The notes beneath the pieces were generated by a model that saw nothing but the letters and a program-made list of their open reading frames with translations, was not told the DNA's origin and did not search any database. From Eledone cirrhosa (lineage: Eukaryota), in assembly GCA_964016885.1 (NCBI GenBank), contig OZ024743.1:143096001-143160000 (forward strand): a stretch of DNA of 64,000 nucleotides. The letters are read 5' to 3'. Within the stretch, counting starts at the first letter, position 1. Each line of letters begins with the position of its first letter. Positions 1 to 10,240 of the stretch are shown one piece after another. Position numbers and translations under genes: made by a program.

Positions 1-1384
1 GCTGGGTGCTTGGAGTTTGGTGCTTGGTGCTTGGTGCTTAGTGCTTGGTGTTTGGTGTTTGGTGCTTGGTGTTTGGTGTTTGGTGTTTGATGCTTGGTGT
101 GTGCTGCTTGGTGCTTGGTGCTTGTTGTTTTGTGCTTGGTGCTTGGTGATTAGTGTTTGGTGCTTGGTGCTTGGGGTTTGCTGTTTGGTGCTTGGTGCTT
201 GGTGTTTGGTGCTTGGTGCTTGGTGTTTGGTGTTTGGTGTTTGGTGCTTGGTGTCTGGTGTTTGGTGTCTGGTGTTTGGTGCTTGGTGCTTGGTGTTTGG
301 GTTTTGGTGCTTGGTTCTTGGTGTTTGGTGTTTGGTGCTTGGTGTTTGGTGTTTGGTGCTTGGTGTTTGGTGCTGGGTGCTTGGTGCTTGGTGTTTAGTG
401 CTGGGTGCTTGGTGTTTGGTGCTTGGTGCTTGGTGCTTGGTGCTTGGTGTTTGGTGTTTGGTGTTTGATGCTTGTTGTTTGATGCTTGTTGCTTGGTGCT
501 TGTTGTTTTGTGTTTGGTGTTTGGTGCTTGGTGTATGTACTTGGTGCTTGGTGCTTGGTGTTTGGTGTTGGTTCTTGGTGTTTGGTGATTGGTGCTTGGG
601 GCTTGGTGTTTGGTGCTTGGTGCTTGGTGTTTGGTACTTGGTGCTTGGTGTTTGGTGTTTGGGGCTTGGTGTTTGGGGCTTGGTGCTTGGTGCTTGGTGT
701 TAAGTGTTTGGTGCTTGGTGCTTGGTGTTTGGTGCTTCGTGCTTGGTGCTTGGTGTTTGGTGCATGGTGCTTGGTGTTTGGTGCTTGGTGCCTGGTGCTT
801 GGTGTTTGATGTTTGGTCCTTGGTGCTTGGTGTTTGGTGCTTGGTGCTTGGTGTTTGGTGTTTGTGCTTGGTGTTTGGTGTTTGGTGCTAGGTGCTTGGT
901 GCTTGGTGCTTGGTGTTTGGTGCTTGGTGCTTGGTGTTTGGTGTTTGGTGCTTGGTGCTTGGTGCTTGGTGTTTGGTGCTTGGTGCTTGGTGTTTGGTAC
1001 TTGGTGCTTGGTGTTTGGTGCTTGGTGCTTGGTGTTTGGTGCTTGGTGCTTGGTGCTTGGTGCTAAGTGTTTGGTGCTTGGTGCTTGGTGTTTGGTGCTT
1101 CGTGCTTCGTGCTTGGTGTTTGGTGCATGGTGCTTGGTGTTTGGTGCTTGGTACCTGGTCCTTGGTGTTTGGTTCTTGGTGTTTGGTGCTTGGTGTTTGG
1201 TGCTTGGTGTTCGGTGCTTTGTGCTTGGTGCTTGGTGCTTGGTGTTTGATGTTTGGTCCTTGGTGCTTGGTGTTTGGTGTTTTGTGCTTGGTGCTTGGTG
1301 CTTGGTGTTTGGTGCTTGGTGCTTGGTGCTTGGTGTTTGGCGTTTGCTGTTTGCTGTTTGCTGTTTGATGTTTGCTGTTTGGTG

Positions 1385-2170
1385 TTTGCTGTTTGGTGTT
1401 TGGTGCTTGGTGCTTGGTGTTTGGTGTTTGGTGCTTGGTGCTTGGTGCTGGGTGTTTGGTGCTTGGTGCTTGGTGTTTGGTGCTTGGTGCTTGGTGTCTG
1501 GTCCTTGGTGCTTGGTGCTTGGTCTTTGGTGCTTGGGGTTTGGTGTTTGGTGCTTGGTGCTTGGTGTTTGGTGCTTGGTGCTTGGTGCTTGGTGCTTGGT
1601 GTTTGGTGCTTGCTGCTTGGTGATTAGTGTTTGGTGATTGGTGCTTGGGGTTTGGTGTTTGGTGCTTGGTGCTTGCTGTTTGGTGTTTGGTGTTTGGTTC
1701 TTGGTGCTTGGTGTTTGGTGTTTGGTGGTTGGTGCTTGGTGCTTGGTGTTTGGTGCTTGGTGCTTGGTGCTTGGTGTTTGGTGCTGCGTGTTTGCTGTTT
1801 GGTGTTTGGTGCTTGGTGCTTGGTGTTTGGTGTTTGGTGCTTGGTGCTTGGTGCTGGGTGTTTGGTGCTTGGTGCTTGGTGTTTGGTGCTTGGTGCTTGG
1901 TGTCTGGTCCTTGGTGCTTGGTGCTTGGTCTTTGGTGCTTGGGGTTTGGTGTTTGGTGCTTGGTGCTTGGTGTTTGGTGCTTGGTGCTTGGTGCTTGGTG
2001 CTTGGTGTTTGGTGCTTGCTGCTTGGTGATTAGTGTTTGGTGATTGGTGCTTGGTGTTTGGTGTTTGGTGCTTGGTGTTTGGTGCTTGGTGCTTGCTGTT
2101 TGGTGTTTGGTGTTTGGTTCTTGGTGCTTGGTGTTTAGTGTTTGGTGGTTGGTGCTTGGTGCTTGGTGTT
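1385..2170. repeat. Internal 406-bp tandem duplication (420 bp in the copies at ~11.5-12.3 kb and ~17.3-18.1 kb)
   Basis: Marker GATTAGTGTTTGGTGATTGG recurs at ~1622/2028, ~4430/4836, ~11730/12150 and ~17513/17933; TCTGGTCC recurs at the same spacing. Confidence 0.85.
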
Positions 2171-5100
2171 TGGTTCTTGGTGCTTGGTGCTTGGTGTTTG
2201 GTGCTTGGTGCTTGGTGCTTGGTGTTTGGTGCTGCGTGCTTGGTGTTTGGTGTTTGGTGCTTGGTGCCTGGTGCTTGTTGTTTGGTGTTTGGTGCTTAGT
2301 GATTGGTGTTTGGTGTTTGGTGCTTGGTGCCTGGTGCTTGTTGTTTGGTGTTTGGAGCTTGGTGCTTGGTGTTTGGTGTTTGGTGCTTGGTGCTTGGTAT
2401 CTGGTGTTTGGTGCTTGGTGTTTGGTGTTTGGTGCTTGGTGCTTGGTGCTTGGTGTTTGGTGTTTGGTTCTTGGTGCTTGGTGTTTGGTGCTTGGTGTTT
2501 GGTGTTTGGTGTTTGATGCTTGGTGTTTGGTGTTTGGTGCTTGGTGCCTGGTGCTTGTTGTTTGGTGTTTGGTGCTTGGTGCTTGGTGTTTTGTGTTTGG
2601 TACTTGGTGCTTGGTGCCTGGTGCTTGGTGCTTGGTGCTTGTTGTTTGGTGGTTGGTGCATGGTGATTAGTGTTTGGTGCTTGGTGCTTGCTGTTTGGTG
2701 TTTGGTGCTTGGGGTTTGGTGTTTGGTGCTTGGTGCTTGGTGTTTGGTGCTTGGTGCTTGGTGCTTGGTGTTTGGTGCTTGTTGCTTTGTGTTTGGTGCT
2801 TGTTGCTTTGTGTTTGGTGCTTGGTGCTTGGTGCTTGGTGCTTGGTGTTAGGTGTTTGGTGCTTGGTGCTTGGTGTTTGATGTTTGGTCCTTGGTGCTTG
2901 GTGTTTGGTGTTTGGTGCTTGGTGCTTGGTGTTTGGTATTTGGTGCTTGCTGCTTGGTGCTTGGTGTTTTGTGTTTGGAGTTTGGTGCTTGGTGTTTGGT
3001 GCTTCAGTCTTGGTGATTGGTGTTTGGTGCTTGGTGCTTGGTGTTTGGTGCTTGGTGCCTGGTTCTTGGTATTTGGTGCTTGGTGCTTGGTGTTTGGTGA
3101 TTGGTGCTTGGTGTTTGGTGCTTGGTGCTTGGTGCTTGGTGTTTGATGTTTGGTGCTTGGTGCTTGGTGTTTGGTGTTTGGTGCTTGGTGCTTGGTGTTT
3201 GGTGTTTGGTGCTTGCTGCTTGCTGCTTGGTGTTTGGTGCTCTGTGATTGTGGCTTGGTGTTTTGTGCTTGGTGCTTGGTGTTTGGTGTTTGGTGCTAGG
3301 GGCTTGGTGCTTGGTGCTTGGTGTTTGGTGCTTGGTGCTTGCTGTTTGGTGTTTGGTGCTTGGTGCGTGGGACTTTGTGTTTGGTGTTTGGTGCATGGTG
3401 TTTGGTGCTTGGTGTTTGGGGCTTGGTGTTCGGTGCTTGGTGCTTGGTGCTTGGTGCTTGGTGCTTGGTGTTTGGTGTTTGGTGCTTGGTGCTTGGTGTT
3501 TGATGTTGGGTCCTTGGTGCTTGGTGTTTGGTGTTTGGTGCTTGGTGTTTGGTGTTTGGTGCTTGCTGCTTGCTGCTTGGTGCTGGGTGGTTGGTGTTTG
3601 GTGCTTGGTGCTTGGTGTTTGGTGCTTGGTGCTTGGTGTTTGGTGTTTGGTGCTTGCTGCTTGGGGCCTGGTGTTTGTTGCTTGGTGCTTGGTGCTTGGT
3701 GTTTGGTGTTTGGTGTTTGGTGCTTGGTGTTTGATGCTTGGTGGCTTGGTGCTGGGTGGTTGGTGTTTGGTGCTTGGTGCTTGGTGTTTGGTGCTTGGTG
3801 CTTGGTGCTTGTTGTTTGGTTCTTGGTGCTTGGTGCTTGGTCTTTGGTGCTTGGTGTTTGGTGCTTGGTGCTTGGTGTTTGGTGCTTGGTGCTTGGTGAT
3901 TAGTGTTTGTTGCTTGGTGCTTGGGGTTTGGTGGTTGGTGCTTGGTGTTTGGTGTTTGGTGTTTGGTGCTTGCTGTTTGGTGTCTGCTTTTTTGTGTTTG
4001 GTGTTTGGTGTATGGTGTTTGCTGTTTCGTATTTGGTTTTTGCTGTTTGGTGTTTGGTGATTGCTGATTGGTGTTTGGTGTTTGGTGTTTGGTGCTTGGT
4101 GCTTGGTGCTTGGTGTTTGGCGTTTGTTGCTTGGTGCTTGGTGTTTTGTGCTTGGTGCTTGGTTTTTGGTGCTTGGTGTCTGGTGTTTGGTGCTTGGTGT
4201 TTGGTGCTTGGTGCTTGGTGCTTGGTGTTTGGTGTTTGGTGGTTGGTGCTTGGTGCTGGGTGTTTGGTGCTTGGTGCTTGGTGTTTGGTGCTTGGTGCTT
4301 GGTGTCTGGTCCTTGGTGCTTGGTGCTTGGTCTTTGGTGCTTGGGGTTTGGTGTTTGGTGCTTGGTGCTTGGTGTTTGGTGCTTGGTGCTTGGTGCTTGG
4401 TGCTTGGTGTTTGGTGCTTGCTGCTTGGTGATTAGTGTTTGGTGATTGGTGCTTGGGGTTTGGTGTTTGGTGCTTGGTGCTTGCTGTTTGGTGTTTGGTG
4501 TTTGGTTCTTGGTGCTTGGTGTTTGGTGTTTGGTGGTTGGTGCTTGGTGCTTGGTGTTTGGTGCTTGGTGCTTGGTGCTTGGTGTTTGGTGCTGCGTGTT
4601 TGCTGTTTGGTGTTTGGTGCTTGGTGCTTGGTGTTTGGTGTTTGGTGCTTGGTGCTTGGTGCTGGGTGTTTGGTGCTTGGTGCTTGGTGTTTGGTGCTTG
4701 GTGCTTGGTGTCTGGTCCTTGGTGCTTGGTGCTTGGTCTTTGGTGCTTGGGGTTTGGTGTTTGGTGCTTGGTGCTTGGTGTTTGGTGCTTGGTGCTTGGT
4801 GCTTGGTGCTTGGTGTTTGGTGCTTGCTGCTTGGTGATTAGTGTTTGGTGATTGGTGCTTGGTGTTTGGTGTTTGGTGCTTGGTGTTTGGTGCTTGGTGC
4901 TTGCTGTTTGGTGTTTGGTGTTTGGTTCTTGGTGCTTGGTGTTTAGTGTTTGGTGGTTGGTGCTTGGTGCTTGGTGTTTGGTTCTTGGTGCTTGGTGCTT
5001 GGTGTTTGGTGCTTGGTGCTTGGTGCTTGGTGTTTGGTGCTGCGTGCTTGGTGTTTGGTGTTTGGTGCTTGGTGCCTGGTGCTTGTTGTTTGGTGTTTGG

Positions 5101-7060
5101 TGCTTAGTGATTGGTGTTTGGTGTTTGGTGCTTGGTGCCTGGTGCTTGTTGTTTGGTGTTTGGAGCTTGGTGCTTGGTGTTTGGTGTTTGGTGCTTGGTG
5201 CTTGGTATCTGGTGTTTGGTGCTTGGTGTTTGGTGTTTGGTGCTTGGTGCTTGGTGCTTGGTGTTTGGTGTTTGGTTCTTGGTGCTTGGTGTTTGGTGCT
5301 TGGTGTTTGGTGTTTGGTGTTTGATGCTTGGTGTTTGGTGTTTGGTGCTTGGTGCCTGGTGCTTGTTGTTTGGTGTTTGGTGCTTGGTGCTTGGTGTTTT
5401 GTGTTTGGTGCTTGGTGCTTGGTGCCTGGTGCTTGGTGCTTGGTGCTTGTTGTTTGGTGGTTGGTGCATGGTGATTAGTGTTTGGTGCTTGGTGCTTGCT
5501 GTTTGGTGTTTGGTGCTTGGGGTTTGGTGTTTGGTGCTTGGTGCTTGGTGTTTGGTGCTTGGTGCTTGGTGCTTGGTGTTTGGTGCTTGTTGCTTTGTGT
5601 TTGGTGCTTGTTGCTTTGTGTTTGGTGCTTGGTGCTTGGTGCTTGGTGCTTGGTGTTAGGTGTTTGGTGCTTGGTGCTTGGTGTTTGATGTTTGGTCCTT
5701 GGTGCTTGGTGTTTGGTGTTTGGTGCTTGGTGCTTGGTGTTTGGTATTTGGTGCTTGCTGCTTGGTGCTTGGTGTTTTGTGTTTGGAGTTTGGTGCTTGG
5801 TGTTTGGTGCTTCAGTCTTGGTGATTGGTGTTTGGTGCTTGGTGCTTGGTGTTTGGTGCTTGGTGCCTGGTTCTTGGTATTTGGTGCTTGGTGCTTGGTG
5901 TTTGGTGATTGGTGCTTGGTGTTTGGTGCTTGGTGCTTGGTGCTTGGTGTTTGATGTTTGGTGCTTGGTGCTTGGTGTTTGGTGTTTGGTGCTTGGTGCT
6001 TGGTGTTTGGTGTTTGGTGCTTGCTGCTTGCTGCTTGGTGTTTGGTGCTCTGTGATTGTGGCTTGGTGTTTTGTGCTTGGTGCTTGGTGTTTGGTGTTTG
6101 GTGCTAGGGGCTTGGTGCTTGGTGCTTGGTGTTTGGTGCTTGGTGCTTGCTGTTTGGTGTTTGGTGCTTGGTGCGTGGGACTTTGTGTTTGGTGTTTGGT
6201 GCATGGTGTTTGGTGCTTGGTGTTTGGGGCTTGGTGTTCGGTGCTTGGTGCTTGGTGCTTGGTGCTTGGTGCTTGGTGTTTGGTGTTTGGTGCTTGGTGC
6301 TTGGTGTTTGATGTTGGGTCCTTGGTGCTTGGTGTTTGGTGTTTGGTGCTTGGTGTTTGGTGTTTGGTGCTTGCTGCTTGCTGCTTGGTGCTGGGTGGTT
6401 GGTGTTTGGTGCTTGGTGCTTGGTGTTTGGTGCTTGGTGCTTGGTGTTTGGTGTTTGGTGCTTGCTGCTTGGGGCCTGGTGTTTGTTGCTTGGTGCTTGG
6501 TGCTTGGTGTTTGGTGTTTGGTGTTTGGTGCTTGGTGTTTGATGCTTGGTGCTTGGTGCTGGGTGGTTGGTGTTTGGTGCTTGGTGCTTGGTGTTTGGTG
6601 CTTGGTGCTTGGTGCTTGTTGTTTGGTTCTTGGTGCTTGGTGCTTGGTCTTTGGTGCTTGGTGTTTGGTGCTTGGTGCTTGGTGTTTGGTGCTTGGTGCT
6701 TGGTGATTAGTGTTTGTTGCTTGGTGCTTGGGGTTTGGTGGTTGGTGCTTGGTGTTTGGTGTTTGGTGTTTGGTGCTTGCTGTTTGGTGTCTGCTTTTTT
6801 GTGTTTGGTGTTTGGTGTATGGTGTTTGCTGTTTCGTATTTGGTTTTTGCTGTTTGGTGTTTGGTGATTGCTGATTGGTGTTTGGTGTTTGGTGTTTGGT
6901 GCTTGGTGCTTGGTGCTTGGTGTTTGGCGTTTGTTGCTTGGTGCTTGGTGTTTTGTGCTTGGTGCTTGGTTTTTGGTGCTTGGTGTCTGGTGTTTGGTGC
7001 TTGGTGTTTGGTGCTTGGTGCTTGGTGCTTGGTGTTTGGTGTTTGGTGGTTGGTGCTTGG
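1435..7060. repeat. Tandem duplication, period 2807/2808 bp (~1435-4250 and ~4243-7060)
   Basis: Matching ORF-track entries offset by 2808 (1627/4435, 2033/4841, 2296/5104, 2670/5478, 3248/6056), then by 2807 after a 1-bp insertion at ~3743 (3907/6714, 4061/6868). Confidence 0.92.
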
Positions 7061-10000
7061 TGTTTGGTGTTTGGTGCTTGGTGGTTGTTGTTTGGTGCTT
7101 GGTGTTTGGTTCTTGGTTCTTGGTGTTTGGTGTTTGGCGTTTGGTGTTTGGTGCTTGTTGCTTGGTGTTTGGTGTTGGTGCTTGGTGTTTGGTGCCTGGT
7201 GCTTGGTCTTTGGTGTTTGGTGCTTGGTGTTTGGTGTTTGGTGCTTGGTGTTTGGTGCTGGGTGCTTGGTGCTTGGTGTTTAGTGCTGGGTGCTTGGTGT
7301 TTGGTGCTTGGTGTTTGGTGCTTGGTGCTTGGTGTTTGGTGTTTGATGCTTGGTGTTAGATGCTTGTTGCTTGGTGCTTGTTGTTTTGTGTTTGGTGTTT
7401 GGTGCTTGGTGTATGTACTTGGTGCTTGGTGCTTGGTGTTTGGTGTTGGTTCTTGGTGGTTGGTGATTGGTGCTTGGTGCTTGGTGTTTGGTGCTTGGTG
7501 CTTGGTGTTTGGTACTTGGTGCTTGGTGTTTCGTGCTTGGTGTTTCGTGCTTGGTGCTTGTTGCCTGGTGTTAAGTGTTTGGTGCTTGGTGCTTGGTGTT
7601 TGGTGCTTGCAGCTTGCTGCTTGGTGTTTGGTGCTTGGTGATTGGTGCTTGGTGTTTGGTGCTTGGTGTTTGGTGCTTGTTGTTCGGTGCTTGGTGCTTG
7701 GTGCTTTGTGCTTGGTGTTAGGTGTTTGGTGCTTGGTGCTTGGTGTTTGATATTTGGTCCTTGGTGCTTGGTGTTTGGTGCTTGGTGCTTGGTGTTTGGT
7801 GTTTGGTGCTTGCTGCTTGCTGCTTGGTGTTTGGTGCTTGGTGATTGGTGCTTGGTGTTTGGTGCTTGGTGCTTGGTGTTTGGTGTTTGGTGCTAGGTGC
7901 TTGGTGCTTGGTGCTTGGTGCTTGGTGCTTGGTGTTTGGTGCTTGGTGATTGGGGCATGGTGTTTGGTGCTTGGTGCTTGGTGCTTGGTGTTTGGTGCTT
8001 GGTGTTTGGTGTTTGGTGTTTGGTGTTTGGTGTTTGGTGCTAGGTGCTTGGTGTTTGGTGCTTGGTGTTTGGTGCTTGGTGCTTTGTGTTTGGTGTTTGG
8101 TGCTTGGTGCTTGGGGCTTGGTGTTTGGTGCTTGGTGCTTGGTTCTTGGTGTTTGGTGTTTGGTGCTTGGTGCTTGGTATCTGGTGTTTGGTGCTTGGTA
8201 TTTGGTGTTTGGTGTTTGGTGCTTGGTGCTTCGTGTTTGCTGCTTGGTATTTGGTGTTTGGTGTTTGATGCTTGGTGCTTGCTGCTTGGTGTTTTGTGTT
8301 TGGTGCTTGGTGCTTGGTGCCTGGTGCTTGGTGCTTGGTGCTTGTTGATTGGTGCTTGGTGATCAGTGTTTGGTGCTTGGTGCTTGCGGTTTGGTGTTTG
8401 GTGCTTGGGGTTTGTTGTTCGGTGCTTGGTGCTAGGTGTTTTCTGCTTGGTGCTTGGTGCTTGTTGTTTGGTGCTTGGTGCTTGGTGTTTGGTGCTTGGT
8501 GCTTGGTGTTTGGTGCTTGGTGTTTGGTGCTTGGTGCTTGGTGCTTGGTGGTTTGTGCTTGGTGTTAGGTGTTTGGTGCTTGGTGCTTGGTGTTTGATGT
8601 TTGGTCCTTGGTGCTTGGTGTTTGGTGTTTGGTGCTTGGTGCTTGGTGTTTGGTGTTTGGTGCTTGCTGCTTGGTGCTTGGTGTTTGGTGCTTGGTGATT
8701 GTGGCTTGGTGTTTTGTGCTTGGTGCTTGGTGTTTGGTGTTTGGTGCTAGGGGCTTGGTGCTTGGTGCTTGGTGTTTGGTGCTTGGTGCTTGCTGTTTGG
8801 TGTTTGGTGCTTGGTGCGTGGGACTTTGTGTTTGGTGTTTGGTGCATGGTGTTTGGTGCTTGGTGTTTGGGGCTTGGTGTTCGGTGCTTGGTGCTTGGTG
8901 CTTGGTGCTTGGTGTTTGGTGTTTGGTGCTTGGTGTTTGATGTTGGGTCCTTGGTGCTTGGTGTTTGGTGTTTGGTGCTTGGTGTTTGGTGTTTGGTGCT
9001 TGCTGCTTGCTGCTTGTTGTTTCATTCTTTGTGATTGGTGCTTGGTGCTTGGTGTTTGGTGCTTGGTGCTTGGTGTTTGGTGTTTGGTGCCTGGTGCTTG
9101 GTCTTTGGTGTTTGGTGCTTGGTGTTTGGTGTTTGGTGCTTGGTGTTTGGTGCTGGGTGCTTGGTGCTTGGTGTTTAGTGCTGGGTGCTTGGTGTTTGGT
9201 GCTTGGTGTTTGGTGCTTGGTGCTTGGTGTTTGGTGTTTGATGCTTGGTGTTAGATGCTTGTTGCTTGGTGCTTGTTGTTTTGTGTTTGGTGTTTGGTGC
9301 TTGGTGTATGTACTTGGTGCTTGGTGCTTGGTGTTTGGTGTTGGTTCTTGGTGGTTGGTGATTGGTGCTTGGTGCTTGGTGTTTGGTGCTTGGTGCTTGG
9401 TGTTTGGTACTTGGTGCTTGGTGTTTCGTGCTTGGTGTTTCGTGCTTGGTGCTTGGTGCCTGGTGTTAAGTGTTTGGTGCTTGGTGCTTGGTGTTTGGTG
9501 CTTGCAGCTTGCTGCTTGGTGTTTGGTGCTTGGTGATTGGTGCTTGGTGTTTGGTGCTTGGTGTTTGGTGCTTGTTGTTCGGTGCTTTGTGCTTGGTGCT
9601 TTGTGCTTGGTGTTAGGTGTTTGGTGCTTGGTGCTTGGTGTTTGATGTTTGGTCCTTGGTGCTTGGTGTTTGGTGCTTGGTGCTTGGTGTTTGGTGTTTG
9701 GTGCTTGCTGCTTGCTGCTTGGTGTTTGGTGCTTGGTGATTGGTGCTTGGTGTTTGTTGCTTGGTGCTTGGTGTTTGGTGTTTGGTGCTAGGTGCTTGGT
9801 GCTTGGTGCTTGGTGCTTGGTGCTTGGTGTTTGGTGCTTGGTGATTGGGGCATGGTGTTTGGTGCTTGGTGCTTGGTGCTTGGTGTTTGGTGCTTGGTGT
9901 TTGGTGTTTGGTGTTTGGTGTTTGGCGTTTGGTGCTTGGTGCTTGGTGTTTGGTGCTTGGTACCTGGTGCTTGTTGTTTGGTGTTTGGTGCTTGGTGCTT

Positions 10001-10240
10001 GGTTTTTGGTGCTTGGTGTCTGGTGTTTGGTGCTTGGTGTTTGGTGTTTGGTGCTTGGTGCTTGGTGCTTGGTGTTTGGTGTTTCGTGGTTGGTGCTTGG
10101 TGTTTGGTGTTTGGTGCTGGGTGCTTGGAGTTTGGTGCTTGGTGCTTGGTGCTTAGTGCTTGGTGTTTGGTGTTTGGTGCTTGGTGTTTGGTGTTTGGTG
10201 TTTGATGCTTGGTGTGTGCTGCTTGGTGCTTGGTGCTTGT

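Noticed and set aside
3582-3591. Chi-like GCTGGGTGG
   Set aside because: Not the E. coli Chi octamer GCTGGTGG; it arises from two adjacent point variants of the monomer.
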